Assembly (NCBI GenBank): GCA_965200965.1
Contig: OZ241744.1
Span: 832,001-896,000, forward strand
Length of the DNA: 64,000 nucleotides
Source of the DNA: an uncultured Candidatus Binatia bacterium
GTDB lineage: Bacteria; Desulfobacterota; Binatia; Bin18
Direction of reading: 5' to 3'
Shown here: piece by piece, positions 49,934 through 59,646 of the stretch
Numbering within the stretch: the first letter of the stretch is position 1
Layout: every line of letters begins with the position of its first letter
Translations under genes and position numbers: made by a program
The notes under the pieces: model-generated
The model's input: the letters and a program-made list of their open reading frames with translations, nothing else
Database searches by the model: none
What the model was told of the DNA's origin: nothing

Positions 49934-50782
49934 ATGCACTACTTGACCCGCCTAGTCGAATTTGAGGCCTCACACCGGTACTGGAACCCGGACTTCACAC
50001 CGGAGCACAACCACCAGACCTTTGGGAAATGTGTCAGCCCCTACGGTCACGGCCATAACTATGTACTCCACGTCACCCTGGCCGGCCGGGTGGCCCCCCA
50101 CACCGGCATGGTCATCAATATCACTGAACTTGACCGTATTCTCAAACAGGTCAGCGCCGAGTTTGACCACAAGTTCATCAACCTTGACCACTCAGCCTTT
50201 CACGACCGCATCCCAACGACCGAAAACCTTGCGTCGTATATGCGCGACCGCATTGAAGACACGCTTTGCACCCAGCACCACGCAGACTACCGCCTCACTC
50301 TGGTCCGGCTGTCTGAAGAACCCAGCCTGTGGTCTGATGTGATTGGTGGAGAAGGAAAGAATATGGCCTCCTTAACCAAGACCTTCGGTTTCAGCGCGGC
50401 GCACCGCTTACACAGCAACGCACTCTCCGAGGAAGAAAACCGGGCCGTTTTCGGCAAGTGTAACAATCAGCACGGGCACGGGCACAACTACGAGCTCGAA
50501 GTAACGGTCAGCGGTCCCATCGCTCCACAGACCGGCATGGTCATGAACTTGGCAGTGTTGATGCGCATTGTCCGGGAAGAAGTGCTGGACCGCTTTGACC
50601 ATAAACATCTGAATGAGGATACCTTGGAATTTCAAACCCTTAACCCGACCGGCGAAAACATTGTCCGGGTGATCTGGGACCTGCTCAAGCCACGAGTCGG
50701 CGAGCGCCTGACCAAGGTCGGGCTGTGGGAAACGCCCAAAAACTTCTTTGAGTACCACGGCGAAGAAGGTGATTGCTCCTGA
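49934..50782 (+). CDS. Tandem-domain 6-pyruvoyl-tetrahydropterin synthase (PTPS/QueD family)
   Basis: Two domains, each with F.A.HR..FGKC-x5-HGHNY, DHK and T.EN. Confidence 0.92.
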   Translation: MHYLTRLVEFEASHRYWNPDFTPEHNHQTFGKCVSPYGHGHNYVLHVTLAGRVAPHTGMVINITELDRILKQVSAEFDHKFINLDHSAFHDRIPTTENLASYMRDRIEDTLCTQHHADYRLTLVRLSEEPSLWSDVIGGEGKNMASLTKTFGFSAAHRLHSNALSEEENRAVFGKCNNQHGHGHNYELEVTVSGPIAPQTGMVMNLAVLMRIVREEVLDRFDHKHLNEDTLEFQTLNPTGENIVRVIWDLLKPRVGERLTKVGLWETPKNFFEYHGEEGDCS

Positions 50783-50806
50783 CCGCTGCATCAAGAGAGG
50801 AATCGT

Positions 50807-51532
50807 ATGCCCAGACAAGCGCTGAACGGTCGGGTCGCTATTGTCACCGGCGCGGGATCGGGCCTGGGCCAAGCCATCGCCGTGGCCCTCGGCGCGGCGG
50901 GCGTTCGGGTCGCCTTAGCGTCACGCACCAAGCCGGCGCTTGAGGCCGTAGCCGACGAGATTCGCACGCCTGGCGGGACTGCCCTTGTCATTCCCACCGA
51001 TGTCGGCGATGAAGCCCAGATTCAACACTTAGTCGGCCACACCCATCAGGAATGGGGGCATATTGATATTCTTGTTACCAGCGCTGGTGGTGCCAGTTTT
51101 GGGCCGCTGGTCGAGTCCAGCACCCAAGACTGGGACAGTATGATGAGGACGAACCTGCGGGCGACCTATCTCTGCGCCAAGCATACGCTGAAGGTTATGC
51201 TGGCCCAGCAGAGCGGCCATATCTTGAACATCCTGTCCTTAGCCAGCCAGACTGCCCTCCCCGGCTCGGCAGCTTATACTGCCTCCAAATTTGGTGCTTT
51301 AGGGCTGACCAAGGTCATGGCCGCCGAGGTGCGCAGTCAGGGCGTCAAAGTCACCGCAGTAATCCCCGGCGCGGTCAATACGCCGCTGTGGGATAAGAGC
51401 GGCGGCGACTTAGACCGCACCAAGATGCTCACCCCTGGCGATGTTGCCGACGCCATACTTGACGTTATTGCCCAGCCTCCAGGCATCTATACCGACGGAA
51501 TTTCTCTGATGCCCCCTTTAGGTATTCTGTGA
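50807..51532 (+). CDS. SDR, candidate sepiapterin reductase
   Basis: TGAGSGLG, YTASK and PGAVNTPLW motifs; directly behind the PTPS gene. Confidence 0.75.
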   Translation: MPRQALNGRVAIVTGAGSGLGQAIAVALGAAGVRVALASRTKPALEAVADEIRTPGGTALVIPTDVGDEAQIQHLVGHTHQEWGHIDILVTSAGGASFGPLVESSTQDWDSMMRTNLRATYLCAKHTLKVMLAQQSGHILNILSLASQTALPGSAAYTASKFGALGLTKVMAAEVRSQGVKVTAVIPGAVNTPLWDKSGGDLDRTKMLTPGDVADAILDVIAQPPGIYTDGISLMPPLGIL

Positions 51533-51544
51533 GGATGGTGAGGA

Positions 51545-51633
51545 CGGAGGGAGTGGGATTTGAACCCACGAGAGCCCGCTAAGGCTCTGCCGGTTTTCAA
51601 GACCGGTGCATTCGACCGCTCTGCCATCCCTCC
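51545..51633 (-). tRNA. tRNA-Ser (TGA anticodon), CCA not encoded
   Basis: GGAGGGA/TCCCTCC acceptor stem, anticodon loop CT-TGA-AA, long variable arm, GGTTCAAATCC T-arm. Confidence 0.97.
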
Positions 51634-51775
51634 CACGCCGGACAAGACGCCATCTAACACGCTCCTGTGCCCCCGTCCAGGGCTGCTCGTATCCCAGCTA
51701 GCCTTAAAAAGCATCTCCCCTCGGACACTCTCTGGATAATAAACCAGAGGGTGTCCGAGTTGATAGAATATCATA

Positions 51776-51793
51776 TATTGACTATAGTCAATA
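51776..51793. promoter_or_regulatory. 18-bp palindrome, TGACTATAGTCA copy 4, upstream of tRNA-Ser
   Basis: TATTGACTATAGTCAATA; the minus strand reads TTGACT followed by TGA-TATTCT (possible extended -10). Confidence 0.65.
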
Positions 51794-51919
51794 AAAAATA
51801 AAGCCTCTTTCTCAAATCCACCAAAAGCTCTACACTGGAAACAACATCCCAGACGCACTTATTCAGCGCCTTGTTCACAAGCGCGCTTGCCCTCATTGTG
51901 TCATGGTAGCGAGACTTGT

Positions 51920-52381
51920 ATGAAACGCCCTATTGTAGACTTTCACCGCGACAAAGAGAAGGATTGGGTGGCTGACCTGGACTGCGGCCACAGCCAGCAT
52001 GTCCGTCACCGTCCCCCGTTTGAAAATCGCCCCTGGACGACGACCGAGGCGGGACGGCGCTCAAAGCTGGGCCAGCATCTGAACTGCCTAAACTGCGACC
52101 GTTTTGAGCTGCCAGGCGGATTCCAGGCGTATCAACGGACGCAGGAATTTGATGCGTCCTCAATTCCAGACGGCCTGCGCAAAGCCCACTCCACCAAACG
52201 CGGGGTATGGGCAAAAGTGCATGTGCTGCAAGGACGGCTGCGCTACACCGTTCATCCCCCCCTCGCTCGGGAGTTTCTCCTTGAACCCAAGAACGGGGGA
52301 ATTATTGTCCCCGAGGTTCGCCATCATGTTGAGCCGATCGGTCCGGTCCGGTTTTACATCGAGTTCCATAGGAGGAAATAG
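51920..52381 (+). CDS. DUF3565-DUF1971 (TehB/YeaR-like cupin) fusion protein
   Basis: DWVADLDCGHSQHVRHRPP..C..CD, then HSTKRGVWAK..G.LRY..P...HHVEP. Confidence 0.8.
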   Translation: MKRPIVDFHRDKEKDWVADLDCGHSQHVRHRPPFENRPWTTTEAGRRSKLGQHLNCLNCDRFELPGGFQAYQRTQEFDASSIPDGLRKAHSTKRGVWAKVHVLQGRLRYTVHPPLAREFLLEPKNGGIIVPEVRHHVEPIGPVRFYIEFHRRK

Positions 52382-52383
52382 GC

Positions 52384-52962
52384 ATGTCCTTAGCAAGAAA
52401 ACCCCGTCTGTACTTGGCCGGCCCCGAGGTGTTCTTACCCGATGCGGTGGAACACGCCCACCGACAGCATCGCCTGTGTGAGCAATACGGCTTTATCGGT
52501 CTGCACCCGATGGATAATAACATCGAGCTCAGGGACCGATCCCTGCAAACAGCCGTGCAGATCTATCGTGGGGATATCGCCCAAATCCGGGCCTGTGACA
52601 TTGTTGTCGCCAACTGTAACGCTTTTCGCGGGCTGCTGATGGACGACGGCACGGCGTATGAAATCGGCTTTGGCAATGCGCTCGGAAAGCCGGCCTACGG
52701 CTATATTGACGCGCTGAACACGGTCTCCGAGCGCACCCGCACCCAGTATCCGTGTCGGCAGTTGGCCGACGGCAGGACGATCGATCAAGACGGTTATCTG
52801 GTCACCGACGATTTTGGTACCTCAGTCAATCTGATGATGCAGTGCGGCATGATAGAGACCGGAGGACGCCTGATTGAAGGCGATTTTGAAGCCTGTCTGC
52901 AAGCGATGCGTGAAGATATGGACAGCGGCAGGCTGAGTCTCGTTCTTCCAACCACTGCTTGA
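52384..52962 (+). CDS. Nucleoside 2-deoxyribosyltransferase family protein
   Basis: YLAGPEVF, DDGTAYEIG and VNLMM motifs. Confidence 0.9.
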   Translation: MSLARKPRLYLAGPEVFLPDAVEHAHRQHRLCEQYGFIGLHPMDNNIELRDRSLQTAVQIYRGDIAQIRACDIVVANCNAFRGLLMDDGTAYEIGFGNALGKPAYGYIDALNTVSERTRTQYPCRQLADGRTIDQDGYLVTDDFGTSVNLMMQCGMIETGGRLIEGDFEACLQAMREDMDSGRLSLVLPTTA

Positions 52963-52993
52963 AGCCTTCGGTGGAGTCTTCTCAGGGAAGCCC

Positions 52994-54130
52994 TCAGCTC
53001 TGGCAGGCGGCAAACCGCTCTAAATGGTGTTCGGCATCGCCAAACGTCTGACTGATAGTGGTCAGGCGCCGAAAGGTATGGCTGACCTTGAGTTCTTCGG
53101 TCATCCCCATGCCCCCGTGGAGTTGCACCGCCTCCTGGCTGATATGCCGACACGCGTCGGAGACCTTGATCTTGGCCGCGGCAATTACCCGGTGGCGTTC
53201 GGCCGCCTCAGTGCTATCCACCTTCACACAGGCCAGGCAGGCCATGGATTTGACCTGCTCATAGGTTATCAGCATATCAACCACCCGGTGCTGGAGGGCC
53301 TGGAAGGAACCGATCGGCACGCCAAACTGTTTGCGGGTTTTCAGATATTCCAGGGTGGCGTCGTTGGCAAACTTCACCGCCCCAACCGTCTCGGCACACA
53401 GCAGGGCAATCGCATAATCGGTGACTTCTTCGATCAGATCCAAGGCTCGACCTTCGACACCAATCAACGCGTCGGCCGGCACGACCGTGGCCGAGAACCG
53501 GATGTCCGCGGCTCGGAGATTATCAAGCGTCTTATACGAGTTGAGGCTGACCCCGGGCGCGTTGCGATCAACCAGAAAAAGACTAATGCCGTTGGGGTCG
53601 GTCTCCTGCCCCGCGGTCCGGGCCGAAACAATGATGTGGTCTGCGCACGGACCGTGCAGCACTACACACTTTTCGCCGTCAATGACATAGCCGTTGTCAG
53701 ACGTGTTTGCCCGGCAGCCGATGTGGGCCAGATCATAGCGTGCCCCACGCTCGGTTTGGGCAAAGGCCAGCTTGCACTTGCCCTCCATCAGGGCCGGCAG
53801 GATCGCCTGTTGCTGGGTCGGGCTGCCGCCCCGGGCAATGAACTGCCCGCCGAGGCCAACGGTGGCCAGATACGGCTCAAGCAGCAACCCTTCTCCAATG
53901 GCGGCCATGACCGGCATCAGGTCAACCGCACCGCCACCAAAGCCGCCCACCTGACTGGAAAACGGCAGGCCCAGCAGACCCATAGCGGCCAAGCTGGACC
54001 ACACCTGCTCACTATAGCCGGACTCGGATTCAACAATCGCCCGGCGGGCCTCAAATGTATACTCCCGGGCCATGAACTGTTGGACGCTGTTGGCCAGGAG
54101 TTGTTGTTCTTCCGTATAGTCAAAGTTCAC
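52994..54130 (-). CDS. Acyl-CoA dehydrogenase (PimD-like partner subunit)
   Basis: RKQFGVPIGSFQALQH and QLHGGMG motifs. Confidence 0.92.
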   Translation of the reverse strand: MNFDYTEEQQLLANSVQQFMAREYTFEARRAIVESESGYSEQVWSSLAAMGLLGLPFSSQVGGFGGGAVDLMPVMAAIGEGLLLEPYLATVGLGGQFIARGGSPTQQQAILPALMEGKCKLAFAQTERGARYDLAHIGCRANTSDNGYVIDGEKCVVLHGPCADHIIVSARTAGQETDPNGISLFLVDRNAPGVSLNSYKTLDNLRAADIRFSATVVPADALIGVEGRALDLIEEVTDYAIALLCAETVGAVKFANDATLEYLKTRKQFGVPIGSFQALQHRVVDMLITYEQVKSMACLACVKVDSTEAAERHRVIAAAKIKVSDACRHISQEAVQLHGGMGMTEELKVSHTFRRLTTISQTFGDAEHHLERFAACQS

Positions 54131-54151
54131 GGCCTTCCCTCCTGGGCGGCT

Positions 54152-55330
54152 CTACAGACCGAGGGACCTTTTGGCAATGATATTGCGCTGTATCTCGTTT
54201 GAGCCGGCGTAGATGCTCGTCTTGCGGTAGTTGCAGTAGCGAGGAGAAATCCGGGCGGTATCGGCGTCGAAGTTTTCCGCCTCAAGTGGCTGAAAAACTT
54301 GGGCAAACGGCCCTACTGCATCCATCATCAGTTCGGTCAGGGCTTGCTGAATTTCAGTGCCGCGAATCTTGAGCAACGACACCTCGGCTCCGGGCTCACG
54401 CCCGCCACGCATCTGGTCAAGAAAGCGCAGGTTGGTGATCTCAAGCGCCATCAATTCAACCTCGACCCGGGCCAGACGGTCGGCAAAACGCGGGTCTTCG
54501 AGCAACGGCTGGCCGTGTTTGGTCTGGCCGGCGGCCAACTCCTTGAGACGGGCCAGCTCCCGCTTGGAGGTGCCGATACTGCCCGTATTGAGACGCTCAT
54601 GGCCGAGCAGATATTTGGCCACCGTCCAGCCGTCGCCCTCCTCGTAGACCAGGTTTTCGGCCGGTACCCGTACATTATCAAAAAAGACCTCATTGACCTC
54701 ATGGCCGCCATCCATGAGGATCAGAGGGCGGACTGTAATGCCCGGAGTTTTCATGTCAATCAGCAGAAAAGAGATGCCATGTTGTTTCTTCTGGGTCTGA
54801 AAATCGGTTCGCACCAAGCAGAAGATCCAGTCGGCAAACTGGGCCAGGGTAGTCCAGATCTTCTGGCCATTGACGACGTATTCATCACCTCGGCGTACCG
54901 CGCCAGTTTTGAGCGAGGCCAAGTCTGAGCCGGATTCGGGCTCGGAATAACCCTGGCACCAAAAGTCGTCACCGTTATAGATGCGCGGCAGATATTTTTG
55001 CTTCTGCGCCTCAGTCCCAAACCGGAACAGCACCGGTGCGCACATCGACAGACCAAACGGCATCCGACCCGGACAGCCGGCCGCCCCCATCTCCTCCTCA
55101 AAGATATAGCGCTGGACAATAGTCCAGTTCGTTCCGCCCCACTCTTGCGGCCATTCCGGGGCCACCCAGCCTCTGGCGGCCAGGACTTTATGCCAACGGA
55201 TGTAATCGTCTTTGCTAAGCTCTTGATAGTTAACGACTTTTTCGCGTATATCATCCGGCAGACTGGCCTTGATCCATGAGCGGACTTCATCGCGGAAAGC
55301 AGTCTCTTCGGCTGAATAGTTCAGGTCCAT
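54152..55330 (-). CDS. Acyl-CoA dehydrogenase (PimC-like subunit)
   Basis: WCQGYSEPESGSDLASL, NGQKIWT and IYAGSNEIQ motifs. Confidence 0.94.
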   Translation of the reverse strand: MDLNYSAEETAFRDEVRSWIKASLPDDIREKVVNYQELSKDDYIRWHKVLAARGWVAPEWPQEWGGTNWTIVQRYIFEEEMGAAGCPGRMPFGLSMCAPVLFRFGTEAQKQKYLPRIYNGDDFWCQGYSEPESGSDLASLKTGAVRRGDEYVVNGQKIWTTLAQFADWIFCLVRTDFQTQKKQHGISFLLIDMKTPGITVRPLILMDGGHEVNEVFFDNVRVPAENLVYEEGDGWTVAKYLLGHERLNTGSIGTSKRELARLKELAAGQTKHGQPLLEDPRFADRLARVEVELMALEITNLRFLDQMRGGREPGAEVSLLKIRGTEIQQALTELMMDAVGPFAQVFQPLEAENFDADTARISPRYCNYRKTSIYAGSNEIQRNIIAKRSLGL

Positions 55331-55332
55331 CT

Positions 55333-55653
55333 TTACTCTCTCCTACCCGCATCAGGTGGCACGCTCAAGCCACCAATAGTCGCCCGCCGCCAGCCGGCAA
55401 TGTCCGGTACGAGGATGTCGGCACCCAAGTGAAGCTCCGGCTCAAAAAGAAACCACCTGCCGCCAAGCCCACCAGAATCGCGGTGAGAACAATCGGAAGG
55501 ACCAAGGTCCTGGATGATGACCGAAGCTGCCCGGGCATGCGGAAAAGCCGGTCGCGGCGTGGTCAGCAATTCCCCGTCAAGAATCCCGGCGATAAAACGG
55601 TCGGGGACCCGCAGCAGGTCTGCATAGCTGGTGCGACGCTGAGCTGGGTTCAT
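55333..55653 (-). pseudogene. 3'-truncated Uma2-family PD-(D/E)xK nuclease
   Basis: YADL..ILDGEL...PRP...H, EPELHLG and VPDIAGWRR motifs; the C-terminal half (EVLSP motif) is absent. Confidence 0.75.
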
Positions 55654-55672
55654 AGACGCAAGGCTAGCACAG

Positions 55673-57572
55673 TCAGCCGGGGAGGAACAGGGGATGCGAG
55701 ATGCCCCGGTCTTCCAGCGGCGTCCCAGCCCAGTCTTTCCCAACCGTTGTCTCGACCTCAATTGGCACGCGGTCGCCAATAATCTCGCGCATGGCCGCGG
55801 TCATGTGGTGGGCCAGCCACTGCGCGGCGTGGCCGGCCTCGGCCAGCGGGGCTTCGGCCACAATTTCGTCGTGGACGCAGGCCACCGGAAACGCTCCGGG
55901 CACCTCATGGCGGTGTTCAAACAGGCGACCCAAAGCCAGCTTCAGCCCGTCCCCGCCGGTACCCTGGACCGGGATGTTGAGCAGAACATTGAAATGGCGA
56001 ACGCCGAGAAACCGCCTGCCGGTCAGGGTGCGGGTCTCAAGGGTTTGCTGCCTGCGCTGGACGTGTTCGAGCTGGCGTTTGGCCTGCTGATGCCAACGCT
56101 GGAGGCCCTGATAGGTGCGAAAGAAAGCCTGGTGATAGCCGGCAGCCTCGGCCTCGGTCATCGTCACCCCATACTTGGCTTCGGCATCCAGCCTGAGCCC
56201 GCGGATACCCATGCCGTACAGCAGGCCGAAGTTCACGCTTTTGGCCAGTTGACGGTGCTGTGTGTGGACCTCGGCCAGGGGAAGCCGGAGAATGCGTGAG
56301 GCGGTCAAGGCATGTAAATCGGTCCGCTCACGAAACGCCCGCAGCATAGTCTCGTCGCCGGCCAGGGCCGCGGCGATGCGCAGCTCAATCTGTGAATAAT
56401 CGGCCCGAATAAGCGCCCTGCCCGGCTCTGCCTGGAAACAGGCACGAAAGGCCACGCTTTTGGGGACCTGCTGGATATTGGGCCCGCCGCAGCTCATCCG
56501 GCCGGTTGCCGCGCCGTTTTGAAAATAGACCGGATAGACCCGCCCGGTTTGGGGGTCACATGAGGAATCAATGACTGCCCGGCCGTAGGTATTCACCCGC
56601 TTGGCAAGCTCTTTGTAGGCCACGAGGAGACGCGCCAGCAGATGATCGACCTTTTTTAAGGTATCGGCTCGGGTGTTGGGCAAAACAATGCCGAAGTTGT
56701 GGAACAGCCGCTTCACCTGCTGGTGCGAAAGCCAGTTGACAGCCCTCCCCTGACCGGCAACCGCGCTATCGAGCTGGTCTTTGAGGTCGGCCAAACGGGC
56801 CTCGTCATCCAGGGTGCGGGCCAGCCAGCCCTCGGAGTCAAAGCCCATGCCCTGCATTTCGAGCCAGGCCAGCCCCTTGACGCAGCGGAACTCAATATCC
56901 GCCGCCCGCTCCAGGCCAGCGTCGTGGAGGGCGGCCTGCAAGCCGGTGTACAGCGGCCACAGAACGGCCACATCGCGGGCCGCGTAGGCACGCTGTGGTT
57001 CGGACAGCTCGGCCTGGGTCCAGTCACTGGCACGGACCGTTTTTGGGCAGGCTCAGGTCGAGCTGACGCTGTACCAGGTCTTCCAGGCCATGTCCGACGC
57101 GCAGCCCGGCCGTCAGCAGTTGACTGGCCAACATGGTGTCAAAGATATGCCGCGGCCAGGGCAGCCCGGCGCGGACCAGGAACTTCACATCAAACTTGGC
57201 GTTGTGAAAAATCCACACCCGGTCGTTTTCAAACACCGGGGCCAAGGCTTGGGGCGGCAGCGCGCAGGCATCAAACAGGTAGACGTGTTCAGGGCTTGCA
57301 ATCTGGATCAGCCGCAAGGCATCTTTTCGGCAGTCCAGACCCGTTGTTTCGGTATCACAGGCAAGGGCTGGGGCGGACAGGAGTCGGGGCACAAGCTGGG
57401 TAAGGTGGCTGAGGCGGGAAACACAGGTGTAGGCTGGGGTTGGACAGGGGGGACGCTGCTCTCTTCCCAATCGGTGCTCACCGTCGGTACCCTTGAAGGC
57501 GTGCCCCGCCCCAGCCGGCCTGGTCGGCCGGTCAAACTCTTCGGGGAACAGCACCCCCTGCTGTTCATCCAT
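55673..57572 (-). pseudogene. Family A DNA polymerase (3'-5' exonuclease plus polymerase, no 5' nuclease), split by one frameshift
   Basis: ExoI DTETTGL, ExoII HNAKFD, ExoIII YAARD, motif A DYSQIE, motif B AKSVNFGLLYG, motif C VHDE; one extra A in an A5 run near 57040-57044. Confidence 0.85.
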
Positions 57573-57717
57573 AGCCTTCCCCCTCCTGTCTCTGTTGTAC
57601 GCCTTCCAACCGCGGGATCAAGCCGGAAATGCCAGCGATGTCTTGCCGCTCTTTTGCTGTGCCCGCCAAGCTGCTAACACAGTGGCTGAGGTACGCGCAT
57701 AACAAGGAGGGACAACC

Positions 57718-59583
57718 ATGCAGCATCGAGGATTCCGTAGCAGCATCACCACCCAGGGCCGGCGCATGGCCGGTGCCCGGTCCCTGTGGCGGGCAACCGG
57801 CATGAAGACCGAGGATTTTCAGAAACCGATTATCGCCATCGCCAACTCATTCACCCAGTTTGTCCCCGGCCATGTCCACCTGCACCAGATTGGCCAGATG
57901 GTCAAAGAAGTCATTGACAGCCACGGCGGCTATGGGGTGGAGTTCAATACCATTGCGGTTGATGACGGCATCGCCATGGGCCACGACGGCATGTTGTACT
58001 CCCTGCCTAGCCGTGAGCTGATCGCCGACAGTGTGGAATACATGGTCCAGGGCCACAAGGCCGACGCCCTGATCTGTATTTCCAACTGCGACAAAATTAC
58101 GCCGGGCATGCTGCTGGCCACTATGCGCCTCAATATCCCGACAATTTTTGTGTCCGGCGGGCCGATGGAAGCCGGAAAAACCGAGCTGTCCTCCGGCCCG
58201 GCCAAGCTCGACCTGGTCAACGCGATGGTCGGGGCCGGGGATGACCGCCTGTCGGATGAGGATGTCGCCAAGATGGAGGAGGCCGCCTGCCCGACCTGCG
58301 GCTCATGTTCGGGTATGTTCACCGCCAACAGCATGAACTGCCTGAATGAAGCGATCGGCCTGGCCCTGCCCGGCAACGGCACGATCCTGGCGACCCACGC
58401 CCTGCGCTGGCAGCTCTTTGAGCGGGCCGCCAAGCGCATTGTCGAGATGGCCAAAGCCTATTACATGGACGGCGACGAATCAGTCCTGCCGCGCAGTATC
58501 GCTACCTTTGAGGCGTTTGAGAATGCCATGACCCTGGACATCGCTATGGGCGGCTCAACCAATACGGTCCTGCACCTGCTGGCCACCGCCCAGGAGGCCG
58601 GGGTGAACTTCAGCATGGCCGATATTGACCGCCTGTCGCGCCACGTCCCGTGCATCTGCAAGCTGGCCCCGGCCTCCGACACATACCATATTGAGGACTG
58701 CGCCCACGCCGGCGGCATCCCGACCATTCTGGGCGAGCTGAACCGGCTGGGCAAGCTCCACACCGATGCCCTGACCGTCAGCGGCCAGACCATCGGCCAG
58801 ATGCTCGCCACCAGCGACATCCGCGCCGAGACGCCGGACGACTTCGCCCACCAGCGCAGCCTGGCCGCCCCGGGTAATGTCCGCACCAAACAGGGCTTCT
58901 CCCAGCAGCAGTCTTATGAGCACGCCGACCTTGACGCGGTCAGCGGCTGCATCCGGGCCGGTGAGTTTGCCTACAGCCAGGACGGCGGGCTGGCCGTCCT
59001 GTTCGGCAACCTGGCCGAGAACGGCTGTATTGTCAAAACCGCGGGGGTGGACGAGTCCATCTGGGTCATGCAGGGCCCGGTGCGCATCTTTGAATCGCAG
59101 GACGAAGCCTGCGCCGGCATCCTGGACAACACCCTCAAGCCCGGCGATGTAGTAGTCATCCGCTACGAAGGCCCCAAGGGCGGGCCGGGAATGCAGGAGA
59201 TGCTCTACCCCACCTCCTACATCAAATCCAAGCATCTGGGTACAAAATGCGCCCTGCTGACCGACGGCCGCTTCAGCGGCGGCACCAGCGGCCTGTCCAT
59301 CGGCCATGTCTCGCCAGAGGCGGCCGAGGGCGGCGCTATCGCCCTGCTGGAAGAAGGCGACATCATTCAGATTGATATCCCCAAGCGTTCCATCAATGTC
59401 CTGCTGCCGGATGGCGAGTTGACCGCCCGGCGCAACAAGATGGAAGCCCGCGGCAAAGATGCCTGGACGCCGACCAAGCGCAGGCGCAAGGTCTCAGCCG
59501 CCCTGCAAGCCTATGCCGCCCTGACCACCAGCGCCGACCGCGGCGCAGTGCGTGACATCCGCCAGGTCCAGGCCGGCAGCTAA
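57718..59583 (+). CDS. ilvD: Dihydroxy-acid dehydratase
   Basis: [35 protein letters not shown] and TDGRFSG motifs. Confidence 0.97.
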   Translation: MQHRGFRSSITTQGRRMAGARSLWRATGMKTEDFQKPIIAIANSFTQFVPGHVHLHQIGQMVKEVIDSHGGYGVEFNTIAVDDGIAMGHDGMLYSLPSRELIADSVEYMVQGHKADALICISNCDKITPGMLLATMRLNIPTIFVSGGPMEAGKTELSSGPAKLDLVNAMVGAGDDRLSDEDVAKMEEAACPTCGSCSGMFTANSMNCLNEAIGLALPGNGTILATHALRWQLFERAAKRIVEMAKAYYMDGDESVLPRSIATFEAFENAMTLDIAMGGSTNTVLHLLATAQEAGVNFSMADIDRLSRHVPCICKLAPASDTYHIEDCAHAGGIPTILGELNRLGKLHTDALTVSGQTIGQMLATSDIRAETPDDFAHQRSLAAPGNVRTKQGFSQQQSYEHADLDAVSGCIRAGEFAYSQDGGLAVLFGNLAENGCIVKTAGVDESIWVMQGPVRIFESQDEACAGILDNTLKPGDVVVIRYEGPKGGPGMQEMLYPTSYIKSKHLGTKCALLTDGRFSGGTSGLSIGHVSPEAAEGGAIALLEEGDIIQIDIPKRSINVLLPDGELTARRNKMEARGKDAWTPTKRRRKVSAALQAYAALTTSADRGAVRDIRQVQAGS

Positions 59584-59600
59584 GGCCACGCCGATAGAGC

Positions 59601-59620
59601 ATCCGGCCTTCGGGCCGGGT
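59601..59620 (+). terminator. GC-rich hairpin with TTCG loop after ilvD (no U-tract)
   Basis: ATCCGGCC-TTCG-GGCCGGGT. Confidence 0.45.
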
Positions 59621-59646
59621 GAGGATTGAAACCAACCAACCAAACC

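Noticed and set aside
53024-54202. Long antisense ORFs (also 21911-23176, 38142-39182, 60868-61992)
   Set aside because: They shadow well-supported genes on the opposite strand, as expected in high-GC DNA, and show no motifs
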